Shown in pieces: positions 50,626 through 59,799 of a DNA stretch of 64,000 nucleotides; the first letter of the stretch is position 1, and each line of letters starts with the position of its first letter. The DNA is from a virus (lineage: Duplodnaviria; Caudoviricetes): IMG/VR virus record IMGVR_UViG_3300028804_000001, positions 32,001-96,000 of that record; one strand, given 5' to 3'. Position numbers and translations under genes: made by a program. A model generated the notes under the pieces. It saw only the letters and a program-made list of their open reading frames with translations. It had not been told where the DNA came from and made no database searches.

Positions 50626-50926
50626 TGTTAATAATTTAAATCTTAATTATAAAACCAATAAGCCGGCCCAAATGAATAATATTAGCAACTGTTATTGCTA
50701 CAAGAATAGACTTAATACTAAAATTAAGAGCGTCTGACTTGCTCCATTTAACAGCTATAAGACCGAGAGCAATAATATTAGCTATTGTAAGATATGTGTC
50801 CATTGTTAACTCCTTAGTTTATCTTGTAATTCCCGAAATATGATAACGATTTTGTATATCTCGATGTGCAGCTAAAGCAGCAGCTTCGCTATCATATCTT
50901 CCAGTTATATTTACATTTCCATCTGA

Positions 50927-51241
50927 TTAATTAATAATAGCATTTTCCCATAATAGTGGTTTCTTCTTATTATTAAATGAATGTGGTATTCCAAGGAATA
51001 TTGTAGATATTGTTATAGGATAGATCCACCATTGATAAGTTAGATTTGTAACTAATACCTGTCTATTAAGTGGATCTTCAAACCATTTACTCCATACTAA
51101 TACATCATTTGTCTTTGTAATTATTCCAGTGAATCTATCTCTTATAAATAGATCCATCTTCATCATTTGTATTGTATTATTTAGATCTATAACTATTTGC
51201 TCAGAATGAGATAGAGCTATAAGCTTTTCTTTAAGGCTCAT
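50927..51241 (-). CDS. hypothetical protein
   Basis: ORF with ISTIFLGI..S motif. Confidence 0.55.
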   Translation of the reverse strand: MSLKEKLIALSHSEQIVIDLNNTIQMMKMDLFIRDRFTGIITKTNDVLVWSKWFEDPLNRQVLVTNLTYQWWIYPITISTIFLGIPHSFNNKKKPLLWENAIIN

Positions 51242-51615
51242 GATCTATCTATTCCATCAAGGAATTGACTATAACTAATTATAGGAATTCCATATCTAAT
51301 CGCTGCCCTTCTCTTTACTGTCATTCTATTAGGATTATCGGTAATTAGATAATTGGTCCTATAATGAACTCTATTTTCAACGGTATAGCCAGCTCTATTA
51401 GCATATGCTATCATTATATGTCTTGGCTGGGGACCGGCGCCTGTAAAAACAACTGGTCCACCTGTTCTTAATAATGCTGTAGATCTTCCGGTTGATAATC
51501 TTACAGATCCAGTCTTACCATGAATATTAGTATTCTTCTTTTTTCTTACTTTAGAAGCTTCTCTCTTCTTTTTAATCTTTTGAATATTCTGAGAGAATCT
51601 ATCTTTAATAGACAT
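51238..51615 (-). CDS. stand-alone BRCT-domain protein
   Basis: VVFTG, G..V..RV...TNYLIT, K.RAA..YGIPIIS..QF; start at MSIKDRF after GGAG. Confidence 0.75.
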   Translation of the reverse strand: MSIKDRFSQNIQKIKKKREASKVRKKKNTNIHGKTGSVRLSTGRSTALLRTGGPVVFTGAGPQPRHIMIAYANRAGYTVENRVHYRTNYLITDNPNRMTVKRRAAIRYGIPIISYSQFLDGIDRS

Positions 51616-51616
51616 A

Positions 51617-52517
51617 TTATTCTCTCCTTCTATGGAATAATGGCGAATTATCGTATAATTTCTTGAGGGAATCTGAATCCCAGTTAACAGATATTCTATA
51701 TCCTGCTGTTTTATGAATATGAACATCTCTACAGTTAAATAACTGTAGTTCTACTATCATTCTAAAATCATCCTGGGATATATAGGAATAAGGACTCCAA
51801 TGTATTATAAATCTTTCCTTATCAGATTTACGTACCGCGGTATAGAAGATCTTTCTATTATCTTCCTCTTCCTCGATTTCTTGCTCTAAATAAAATTCCT
51901 CGGTGTTCTGAACATAATCGCGTATCGTTCTATCACCATTCATAACTATAGCTTTTTAGCACGCTAATGCTATTAAGTCCCAGTAACTATTAATATTATT
52001 ACGTTCTTTAAATGATATTAATCTTTCTTTAAAGCTTTTATGATTGTTATCTTCTATATAGATTAAATACATCTACCATGCTCCATTTGGAATAACTATA
52101 TCTAATGAGTAGAATTTAAATTCTACCCAGCCTATAATAATCCAGTGAGTTAATATAGATCTAGAGAATTTCTGTTGTTTGGTAGGGAATGAATCTATTA
52201 ATATTTTAAATTCCGGATGCCATTTAAACTCACATCTATTAATAAACAGTCTTATATAGAATATTAATTTAACTTGGATAATATCAATTCTACCCTTTAG
52301 CTTTTTTATTCTTAGCTTTACCTTTAACATCACTGGCCTTTTTCTTAGTAATAGTTAAAGGCAAATAATGTTCACAAGTTTGATCTTCTTTAAGAGGCAC
52401 TTCTGAAAACCAGGACTGTCGATATTCATCAGGAGTTGCAGTATATCTATAGCAAGTAGATTTCATATGGCATGAACTCTTCTTTGTAACTCCAACACAC
52501 ATTGTGATGTCTGGCAT
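51617..52517 (-). CDS. three small hypothetical genes (51617-51943, 52073-52333, 52290-52517)
   Basis: ORFs; the last is a Cys-rich MPDITMC...RQSWF protein. Confidence 0.55.
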
Positions 52518-52602
52518 ATCATTTACCCTTGATCATTTGTCTTTGTCTTTCTTTCTCTTTATCAATCCGCTCTATGATTTTTTCCAGGTGAACCACTCCA
52601 CT

Positions 52603-52635
52603 AGAAAGCCCCGGCCGCTATGGACCGGGGTTATC
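52603..52635 (-). terminator. GC-rich hairpin terminator
   Basis: CCCCGGTC-CATAG-CGGCCGGGG-CTTT. Confidence 0.55.
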
Positions 52636-52643
52636 GAATTGGT

Positions 52644-54398
52644 TTAAAGCGCCCAAACTGTTAAGCCGCCTTGATCGCTACGGAACGATCTGACATCCTC
52701 TACGGCTCCAAGCTCGTAAACGAGAAACGTTGCTTCGGGCTTCTTTGGCTTCTCCTGCTCTGGAGGTTTGCCGCCTTTTGCTTCGGGGTCTTCTTTTATC
52801 TCTGGTGCGTTCTTTTTTTCTTCTGCCATTTTTTTTCTCCTGATGTTTCTGCAAACATTTCTTCTACCTTCATCTTGAATCATTAGAACAAATAAGGCGG
52901 ATTTTTCCTCTGAGCAGAATGCCTGTGAGGACAGAGTCATTTGCTCTCTAATTCTTAATTCTTTAATCTCAATATCTTGTAATGATATTAGATAAAGGAG
53001 AGCTACGAATAATATTACTGCTACAACGAAGATAGTATTGCGAATTACTCGCATTCAGTCTCTCCCTGTTTAATAAGTTCTGTCTCATTAAACCATCTCT
53101 TATAATAGGTCCGTTCTAACCACTTTACTTTCTTATAACCGGGACAGCTGTTTTGACTGTATTGTTCAAACTCATCTGGAGCAAATTTAAAAGTGCAGCC
53201 TGTTGCGCTCTTTCTCCAGCATTGCTGAATCTCTATAAGATCCTGTTCTTCTATCCTGATGATAGGATTATTACAGGATATAATCATAGATGCGATTATT
53301 AATGTTAGGAATGTTCTCCACCAGGTCATTTAGTCGGCTCGCAATAGCGGATTGGTTGGCATTCCACCCGGACAGTCGCTAGCCCTAAGCCAGACGAATA
53401 CTGAATCCCACGCATTCCCGCTGATTCGCACAGTTTCATTTGTGCAATGATCTCCTCGTTGGTCATTTCATGGCGGCAGGACATTCCCAGCGTAACAACT
53501 AATACTATTAAAAGCTTTCTCATTTGTTTCTCCTTTTGATTGCATCTCCGATAGAATACCCTTCGCGTCGCATTTTCGCCCACTTTCGCTTCTCGGCGGC
53601 AGTAAGGGGTTTTGATTTCTTGGTCATACTTCCTCCTGATTCAATTCCCTGCGATACGGAATGTAAGAATTGCAGGGCTCATTTTTCTGTATTGGAGCCT
53701 CACTAAACCAGCTTTGCCGCCTGCTATCGGGAATGGCTATATAGCGATCGCATCCATGCTTCTCGCGGCAATCGAGTGTTTTCGTTATACCTGTACACAT
53801 TGTAAAATCAGGCATCAGGATTCCTCCTTTGGGGGCTTCAGAGGGCCATAGAGATAGATATTCTTGTCCCAGTTTACCAAAAAAGTCCCGTGGCGACTGT
53901 TTGACGAGAGAGGGGCGTAAAATCCATCTAACGATTCAAATACGTTCGTCACGAGGAAATGGCCTCTGGATTTCCCACTCGGGCGCCTATCATCGACCCA
54001 ATAGGCCCCCGGCTCTGTTATCTCTGATGCGCGTTGCCAGATCATATCTCGCCACCGAACGCATAGTCTCTCTCAGTCTCGTCCGCGTGATGGAAAGACG
54101 TCTTACCATCGCGGAGGAAGAGTTTCAGCCGCTGGACTGCGTTCCGATATGCGGCATCTCCCATTCCATTATCCTTTGCGCGGCGTTCCGCCTCTTCGAT
54201 CAGAGCCAGGCATTCACGTCTCAAGGCGTCTGGCTTTTTTCCATAGATCAATTCTACCTTCGTGCCCTCCTCTATCGGCACCAGTTCATGGCGGGATAGG
54301 ATTTCGCGGATGCGTTCAGGTACCGAATACGCTAGAGGCATGTCTTTCTGTTCTCGCCTGTTATCAATCAAGTCCAGTATCTCTTCTTTCGCGTTCAT
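52644..54398 (-). CDS. GC-richer cassette of small genes including two lipoproteins (53045-53329, 53326-~53523) and a second MPD.TMC...RQSWF protein (53624-53815)
   Basis: ORF track; lipoboxes IISC and GMSC; visibly higher GC in much of the block. Confidence 0.55.
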
Positions 54399-54452
54399 TT
54401 CTCTACCTCCAATATATGATCTTCAATAGTGACTCTGAACAGCTTTTTCATA

Positions 54453-55067
54453 TTATTCCCATTTAGAAACTATAAACTTTCCAAATACTCCTCGGAAAGT
54501 TCCAAGTCCGATAGCTCTTCCACCTTCCTCAAATAGATTAAGAATCTCTTGTTCTTTAATCTCTTTGTTATCATAAATGGTTAAATTAAAGCTGAGCTCC
54601 CATGGTGTAGGCAACATAGGTCTAACTTTTGGATTTGGTATACCCTTATCTAATCTAGCAACGTGATATAATACTCTGATACCGCTCAGGTCATCTAGAT
54701 CAGGTTCAGTTGTTCCGAATTTACCAAATATGATTGGTTCACCTTCTCTTGTAAGAGGGATCCATTCTGGTCCAATTGTAGTAAATGATAGAATAGCATT
54801 ACAGATATCCTTATATTTTCTTTTATCCCTTAGCCTCTTCGGAGCTGAATTCGTGTTGTGGGCCGATAGAAACGACATGATGTTTAATGCCGGTAGACCA
54901 ATAGCCTTGGAACCCCCCGGCTGGAAGTATAATTTCTGGTATGCTTCCAACTTTGTGTTGTTGTCCCCCGCATAGCGGTCGAACAACATTGGTGTTATTC
55001 CCTGAAGTGTTACCTTTCTTACTATATTCCTTCCTGGTTCTGTTATCCTTACTGTTTCCTTTGCCAT
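54453..55067 (-). CDS. stand-alone Cas7/RAMP-like RRM protein
   Basis: VTLQGITPML (strand 1), LPALNIMSFL (helix 1) and C-terminal glycine loop GRAIGLGTFRGVFGKF; AAGGAG RBS. Confidence 0.72.
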   Translation of the reverse strand: MAKETVRITEPGRNIVRKVTLQGITPMLFDRYAGDNNTKLEAYQKLYFQPGGSKAIGLPALNIMSFLSAHNTNSAPKRLRDKRKYKDICNAILSFTTIGPEWIPLTREGEPIIFGKFGTTEPDLDDLSGIRVLYHVARLDKGIPNPKVRPMLPTPWELSFNLTIYDNKEIKEQEILNLFEEGGRAIGLGTFRGVFGKFIVSKWE

Positions 55068-55091
55068 TGTTATCTCCTTTTTTCATTTTAA

Positions 55092-55186
55092 AAACCCCGC
55101 CTCGCCCTGCCTAGCCGCGCCTCGCCTCGCCCGTCCCTGCTTCGCAGTGCCACTCCCATCCAGGCGATGCCGCTCAGAGCCATTCC
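55092..55186 (-). ncRNA. 19-unit pentamer array (consensus GGC-NN), candidate guide RNA
   Basis: GGAAT GGCTC TGAGC GGCAT CGCCT GGATG GGAGT GGCAC TGCGA AGCAG GGACG GGCGA GGCGA GGCGC GGCTA GGCAG GGCGA GGCGG GGTTT; G at position 2 in all units. Confidence 0.8.
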
Positions 55187-55233
55187 TCGTTGTTTACTAT
55201 TGGACAGTAGCTACCCTTAACTGAAAAATAACT

Positions 55234-56790
55234 TCATAGGTCTTTTTTATAAGTAATTGCAAGACCATGCTTATCCATTTCCACTAATGGGATTCTTATA
55301 GAAGTTTCTAAACGCCAAGCGGTCATATTAAGATTGGCAATCTTCTGGAATAATATCCCTAATTGGAATGCCTCATTTCTATCTTCACTGAGGATTTCTA
55401 AAACCGGTCCAGAATGATCACTATTCTTTTCTATAAGTGTTATTATCATATTATTTCCTTTTATCTTGAAATTCTGTTATTAAGGATATAATTTTTCCAG
55501 CGGATTAATTCATCACCTTCAGCCTTCTTAATTTCTAATATTCTATCAGAGCCCCATATATCGTTGGCTATTTTTCTAGCCTGTAGATGGCCATTAGCTT
55601 CTACAAACCATAGCGGATAACCAATCAACTCTACAGTATATATACCTTTAAAATCACCTATTTCAAGTATCCTTTCTATCAACCGTTCTTTAATACTCAT
55701 GGCACTGTATATAAATACCCCACTAATATATATGCAGTTCTGGTCATTTGGAGATCTTTCGTTTCATATATTCGTGGTTTAACAAAGATGAATAATACTC
55801 CCTGAGATCATTCATCTGTTCTTCATTAGCGGGAGCTAATTTTTCGGCGGGATATACATTACCTGCAGCCTCCAAAGCTTCAGGTAGATCCATATTCTCA
55901 TTAGCAAGCATAAGAGTAATGACCTCAAAATCATAAGCCGCTTCAGCTTCTGTTCTTTTAGGATGACCAAAGTATTCATCCTCCATACCCTGTATAAAGG
56001 CAGCTATCTGTTCCTCTGTTACAGGTAATCCACCAACATTATTATCTTTGCCCATATATCCTCCTTTTAGCTATTATATTGTATATGAACCTCTATTGAA
56101 CCTTAACCCGAATCTCATTTAACAACCTCAATCTCATACCATCATACCAGGTTCGAGCTCTCTATCTTTGATAGGAGCGTCTGTGTTAGTAAGTGAGATG
56201 TGTGATATTAGACAGGATGGTTGTATGATGCTACGAAGTCCTCGAGCTCATACTTAACCACTGCTTCTTGTACGGATAGCTTGGAGCCATCCGGGAAGGT
56301 TAATATAGTGTTATGATTGTTATCTTTAGCCAGTTTTAGTGCTTGTAGGCAAGTTTCTGCAGCATCTACGCCGCGGATTTTATAGTCCGATAGGTTATAG
56401 CATAAATGCCATCGGACCTTTAATAACATATCATCATCAGGATCTACTATAGGGATAGATAATAACCGCTTTAAAATTTCAAGCACGGTTAAGACTCCTT
56501 CTGAATGATAATGAATCCTGGCCTAGATGATTGTATTCATCCGGATCAACAGGAATATCTCCTGTTTTGAATACCTGCCGTGCGCTTTCATACCGCGCAC
56601 AAAACGCTGCGGTGTCTTCTAGCTCTATATGAAATAGCTCCCATAGGAGCAGCTGAAGATCGCGGGGGGTATAGCCTCTGGCTGTCTGATCGTTCCGTTG
56701 GATAGGCACCGCAAGTCGTTCCTTGAACGATACATTACCGGCTTCAATAGATACCCGATTTTCTTCGGCCGGCACCTCAGTTATCACCAT
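55234..56790 (-). CDS. five small hypothetical genes (55234-55449, 55461-55700, 55744-56055, 56208-56486, 56479-56790)
   Basis: ORFs with plausible RBS. Confidence 0.55.
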
Positions 56791-56958
56791 GGATCACATC
56801 CTCTACTTTAAAGAATATCCAGCCAAGCATAAATATTCCTATAAGTAATAGTGCTGACCATGGCATAAGCAGCATAGCCGCTAAATCTTCCATATTTGCC
56901 CCCATACCCGATAATCATCGATTGTAGTTCTAGTAACGCCCAATAAAAAAGGGCCAGC

Positions 56959-57342
56959 TTATCGCTGTGCCCGATCCATCTCATTCCATTTGTTCTCTAC
57001 CTGAGTATGCGACCACCATCTCTTATCATGGTGGATTTGATCCAGTTCTTTGAAATACTGGGTATACTTACCCATTGCAAAGAAGCTGAATGCTACGCTC
57101 AGTATCATTGTGAGCATAGCTGCATTATGTTTAGTAGTGTCGAACAGTGTCCAGGTAATGATAATCCAAACGATTACCGCGGCTACCTTTGAGATGATGT
57201 TGAATCCTATTCCTCCCAGGAACAGTGAAAGAGTATGTCCTTCATATCCCATCATGTGAGGGATATATTCTTGGATTCCATAGCCTGGATACATGATCCA
57301 CGCTAGGAACAGCGTTGATAATACGTATGATGTCTTATTCAT
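56959..57342 (-). CDS. membrane protein (about 3 TM)
   Basis: Hydrophobic segments; start MNKT coupled to a short upstream ORF that starts at 57437. Confidence 0.6.
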   Translation of the reverse strand: MNKTSYVLSTLFLAWIMYPGYGIQEYIPHMMGYEGHTLSLFLGGIGFNIISKVAAVIVWIIITWTLFDTTKHNAAMLTMILSVAFSFFAMGKYTQYFKELDQIHHDKRWWSHTQVENKWNEMDRAQR

Positions 57343-57473
57343 AGCATCTTCTCCAGAACAAACTGGATAAGATAAGCTCCGGATGAATACACACATACAA
57401 TATTAACAGCAAGGTTGATTATGTCTACAGCGTTCATATTGAACCTCCATGGACTGAAAAAGAACCAGGCCTT

Positions 57474-58043
57474 TCACTTGGCCTGGTATTTATACTCTTT
57501 AAGAAATTCCCGTTTCGCTTTCTCTCTTTCGAAATCAATTGTCCGGGCTTTCTTGGAGTCTTCAGACTGGTTGAATTCTTTGGTGACTATAGATTCTAAT
57601 TCTGCTTCAGCTAATTCCACGCCGGCTTTCTTAGCTTTCTTGATAATATCTTTGCGGATACCATCTTTTATACGCTGCTCGGCTCCCATCAAATGATGAG
57701 TCTTTTCCCATACGTAGAATGCTTCGATCCATCTCTTCTTGAAGACTGTATATACGATCAGGCCATACAGGATATTACCGAATGCTCCGGCAATACCGGT
57801 AATCATACCACCTGCTCCCATAAAGGATGCAATCGGAATAGCCCAGAGGATATTCCATGCAAATGCAAGCGGTGTAGATGTAACCAGTCTATATCTTAAT
57901 TCTTCTTTGGATCTGAATCCAGCAATACGCATGAACAAGCGGAAAGGCTGTCTAGCGAACAGAAAATCTACGGCACTAATATCAATCCACGCCTGAATTG
58001 CTATCTGACCTGCAATGGCCAGCACTGCCATCCATAGTAACAT
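57474..58043 (-). CDS. membrane protein
   Basis: Start MLLWM after TTTTTCAG-GATCT-GGAGG; TM helices and a charged tail. Confidence 0.65.
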   Translation of the reverse strand: MLLWMAVLAIAGQIAIQAWIDISAVDFLFARQPFRLFMRIAGFRSKEELRYRLVTSTPLAFAWNILWAIPIASFMGAGGMITGIAGAFGNILYGLIVYTVFKKRWIEAFYVWEKTHHLMGAEQRIKDGIRKDIIKKAKKAGVELAEAELESIVTKEFNQSEDSKKARTIDFEREKAKREFLKEYKYQAK

Positions 58044-58111
58044 AGTATTGTCCTCCAGATCCTGAAAAAGTATCCGAACTGATATTTCTATCAATTCAGA
58101 TACTTCTGGAT

Positions 58112-58648
58112 TCAGCCTCGAGCTGCCTGGATTCCGCGTACAGTTGCAGGTTTCTTTTCAACCTGAACTGCATCTTCATCTTTGAATTTGGACTGGATCC
58201 ATTCTTTCGAACTGTTATATACGCTTTTGACAGCGTCTACATTAGAATCGAATTCATGAATGGATGCAGAACGTCCTTCATCGATGGCAGATTTGAGCCG
58301 CTCGTTTGCCGCTTCCACGGTCTTCAACAGTTTAGAAGAAGCTTGAGTTGTAAGCGGAGTTGCACTGACTACAGTTCTTGCAGCCATAGCAACACCATAT
58401 CCGGCTGTTTTAACCAGATTCTTTGCGGTGAGAGTTACCCCACCGAGCTCAGCTTTAGTTTCCTGAAGCAGGCCTTGTGCAAAGGTCTTAAACCCTTTCT
58501 TCATTTCTTCGCGTGTGATTTCCATGTTAGTTCCTCCATCTTTTTCATCGAGGATTCTAATTGCTGCTCTACCGGCTGGATATAGAACGATGTGTTCTAC
58601 GAATTCGTAGCCGATATAGCCAATTAGTCCCATTACTGCTATATGCAT
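58112..58648 (-). CDS. hypothetical helical protein
   Basis: TTTTTCAG...GGAGG...ATG start context. Confidence 0.6.
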   Translation of the reverse strand: MHIAVMGLIGYIGYEFVEHIVLYPAGRAAIRILDEKDGGTNMEITREEMKKGFKTFAQGLLQETKAELGGVTLTAKNLVKTAGYGVAMAARTVVSATPLTTQASSKLLKTVEAANERLKSAIDEGRSASIHEFDSNVDAVKSVYNSSKEWIQSKFKDEDAVQVEKKPATVRGIQAARG

Positions 58649-58943
58649 AATTGGACCTCCTCACTCACTGAAAAAAAGAACAAGATTATCCCGATTTGCC
58701 TCTCGGGATCACAAGGTAGATGATCTGGGAGGAACAATCTATAGTATTGCTCTTCCCTAGTTTGTAAGTTTGCGCTCTACAAGATTAAGCGCGGTTCTTG
58801 TTACAACAACAGCTACTGTCGTTGCTACACTTACTGCTACTGCTTTAATTACTGATTCGATTAGCATTGGGTATCCTCCCAAAACCTGAAAAACAGGGTA
58901 TTTGCATGCAAAGCTTCGAATTTTCGTAAGAAATTCACACCAT

Positions 58944-58972
58944 ATTATGCAAATGAATGAAATTTTAGTAAA
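58944..58972 (-). promoter_or_regulatory. sigma70-type promoter flanked by palindromes
   Basis: TTTACT-17 nt-CATAAT with TG immediately upstream of the -10 box; TTTGCATGCAAA and TTTGCACGCAA on either side. Confidence 0.5.
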
Positions 58973-59313
58973 AATTCATGCAGTTGCGTGCAAAATCGCA
59001 ATAAAGTGTGGAAAAAGCGGTTAATCTTCGTGGTAATCTTTAGGATGATTACTCTTCCAGGATTCCAATCTTAACTTTATCAGGATGCCGGTAATCGGGA
59101 GTATAAGTAATAGAACGATGAGGACTATTGGAATAATAACCCATAGCATAACATCGTAGTAGCATGTTAATAAGGGATGTACGCTATTAAAAGAAACCAC
59201 CAGTAAATCCAAGAACTGGTGGTTATTTCTTTTAGCTGTGGGATGTCAGCTCACTCTTAAGCAGGACATTTCCATAAGCGTCGATGTAATAGATCATATA
59301 GATCCTCCACCAA

Positions 59314-59348
59314 CTGAAAAAATAGCCCTCACTTTCATGAGAGCTATT
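59314..59348 (-). terminator. intrinsic terminator ending in TTTTTCAG
   Basis: AATAGCTCTCAT-GAAA-GTGAGGGCTATT-TTTT-CAG. Confidence 0.8.
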
Positions 59349-59356
59349 TGCTGTAT

Positions 59357-59770
59357 TCAGAACATCATTGCGTCCGGGATAACAGCGGGAGCAGGAGCTT
59401 GTGCTTCTTGAGGTGCAGCTTCAGCAGCAGGACTTTCATCCGCGGTTGTAACTTTACCTTTTGAAGAACCGAACTCAACACGCTGTGCAAGCACATAATG
59501 CTTATAGTGTGTCTTCCCCTCATTGTCAGTCCAGCGGTCTTGTTTCAAAGAACCAATAACGCTGACTCCGGATCCCTTCTTAAGGTATTTAGCACATGCC
59601 TCACCGGAAGCATTCCATACCTTAACATCAACGAAGGTAACCTCGTGTTTGCCCTTATACTCGCTGTTAATAGCAAGTCCAAGCGTACAAACAGATTTAC
59701 CTGTTGTGGTTTTGCGGAGCTCCGGATCTCTCGAGAGAAAGCCGGAAAGTGTCAAATTGTTGAGATTCAT
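59357..59770 (-). CDS. ssb: single-stranded DNA-binding protein
   Basis: LSGFLSRDPELR, FVDVKVW, YLKKGSGVSVIGSL, W...EG; acidic flexible tail ending in F. Confidence 0.93.
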   Translation of the reverse strand: MNLNNLTLSGFLSRDPELRKTTTGKSVCTLGLAINSEYKGKHEVTFVDVKVWNASGEACAKYLKKGSGVSVIGSLKQDRWTDNEGKTHYKHYVLAQRVEFGSSKGKVTTADESPAAEAAPQEAQAPAPAVIPDAMMF

Positions 59771-59799
59771 AGTAACGGGTCTCCTTTAACCCATTACTT

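Noticed and set aside
52644-53329. Spanin pair (TM protein plus lipoprotein)
   Set aside because: No adjacent endolysin or holin, and the location is in the early accessory region
55092-55186. CRISPR array or simple microsatellite
   Set aside because: No 25-45-nt repeats with spacers; the units vary systematically at positions 4-5, unlike slippage repeats
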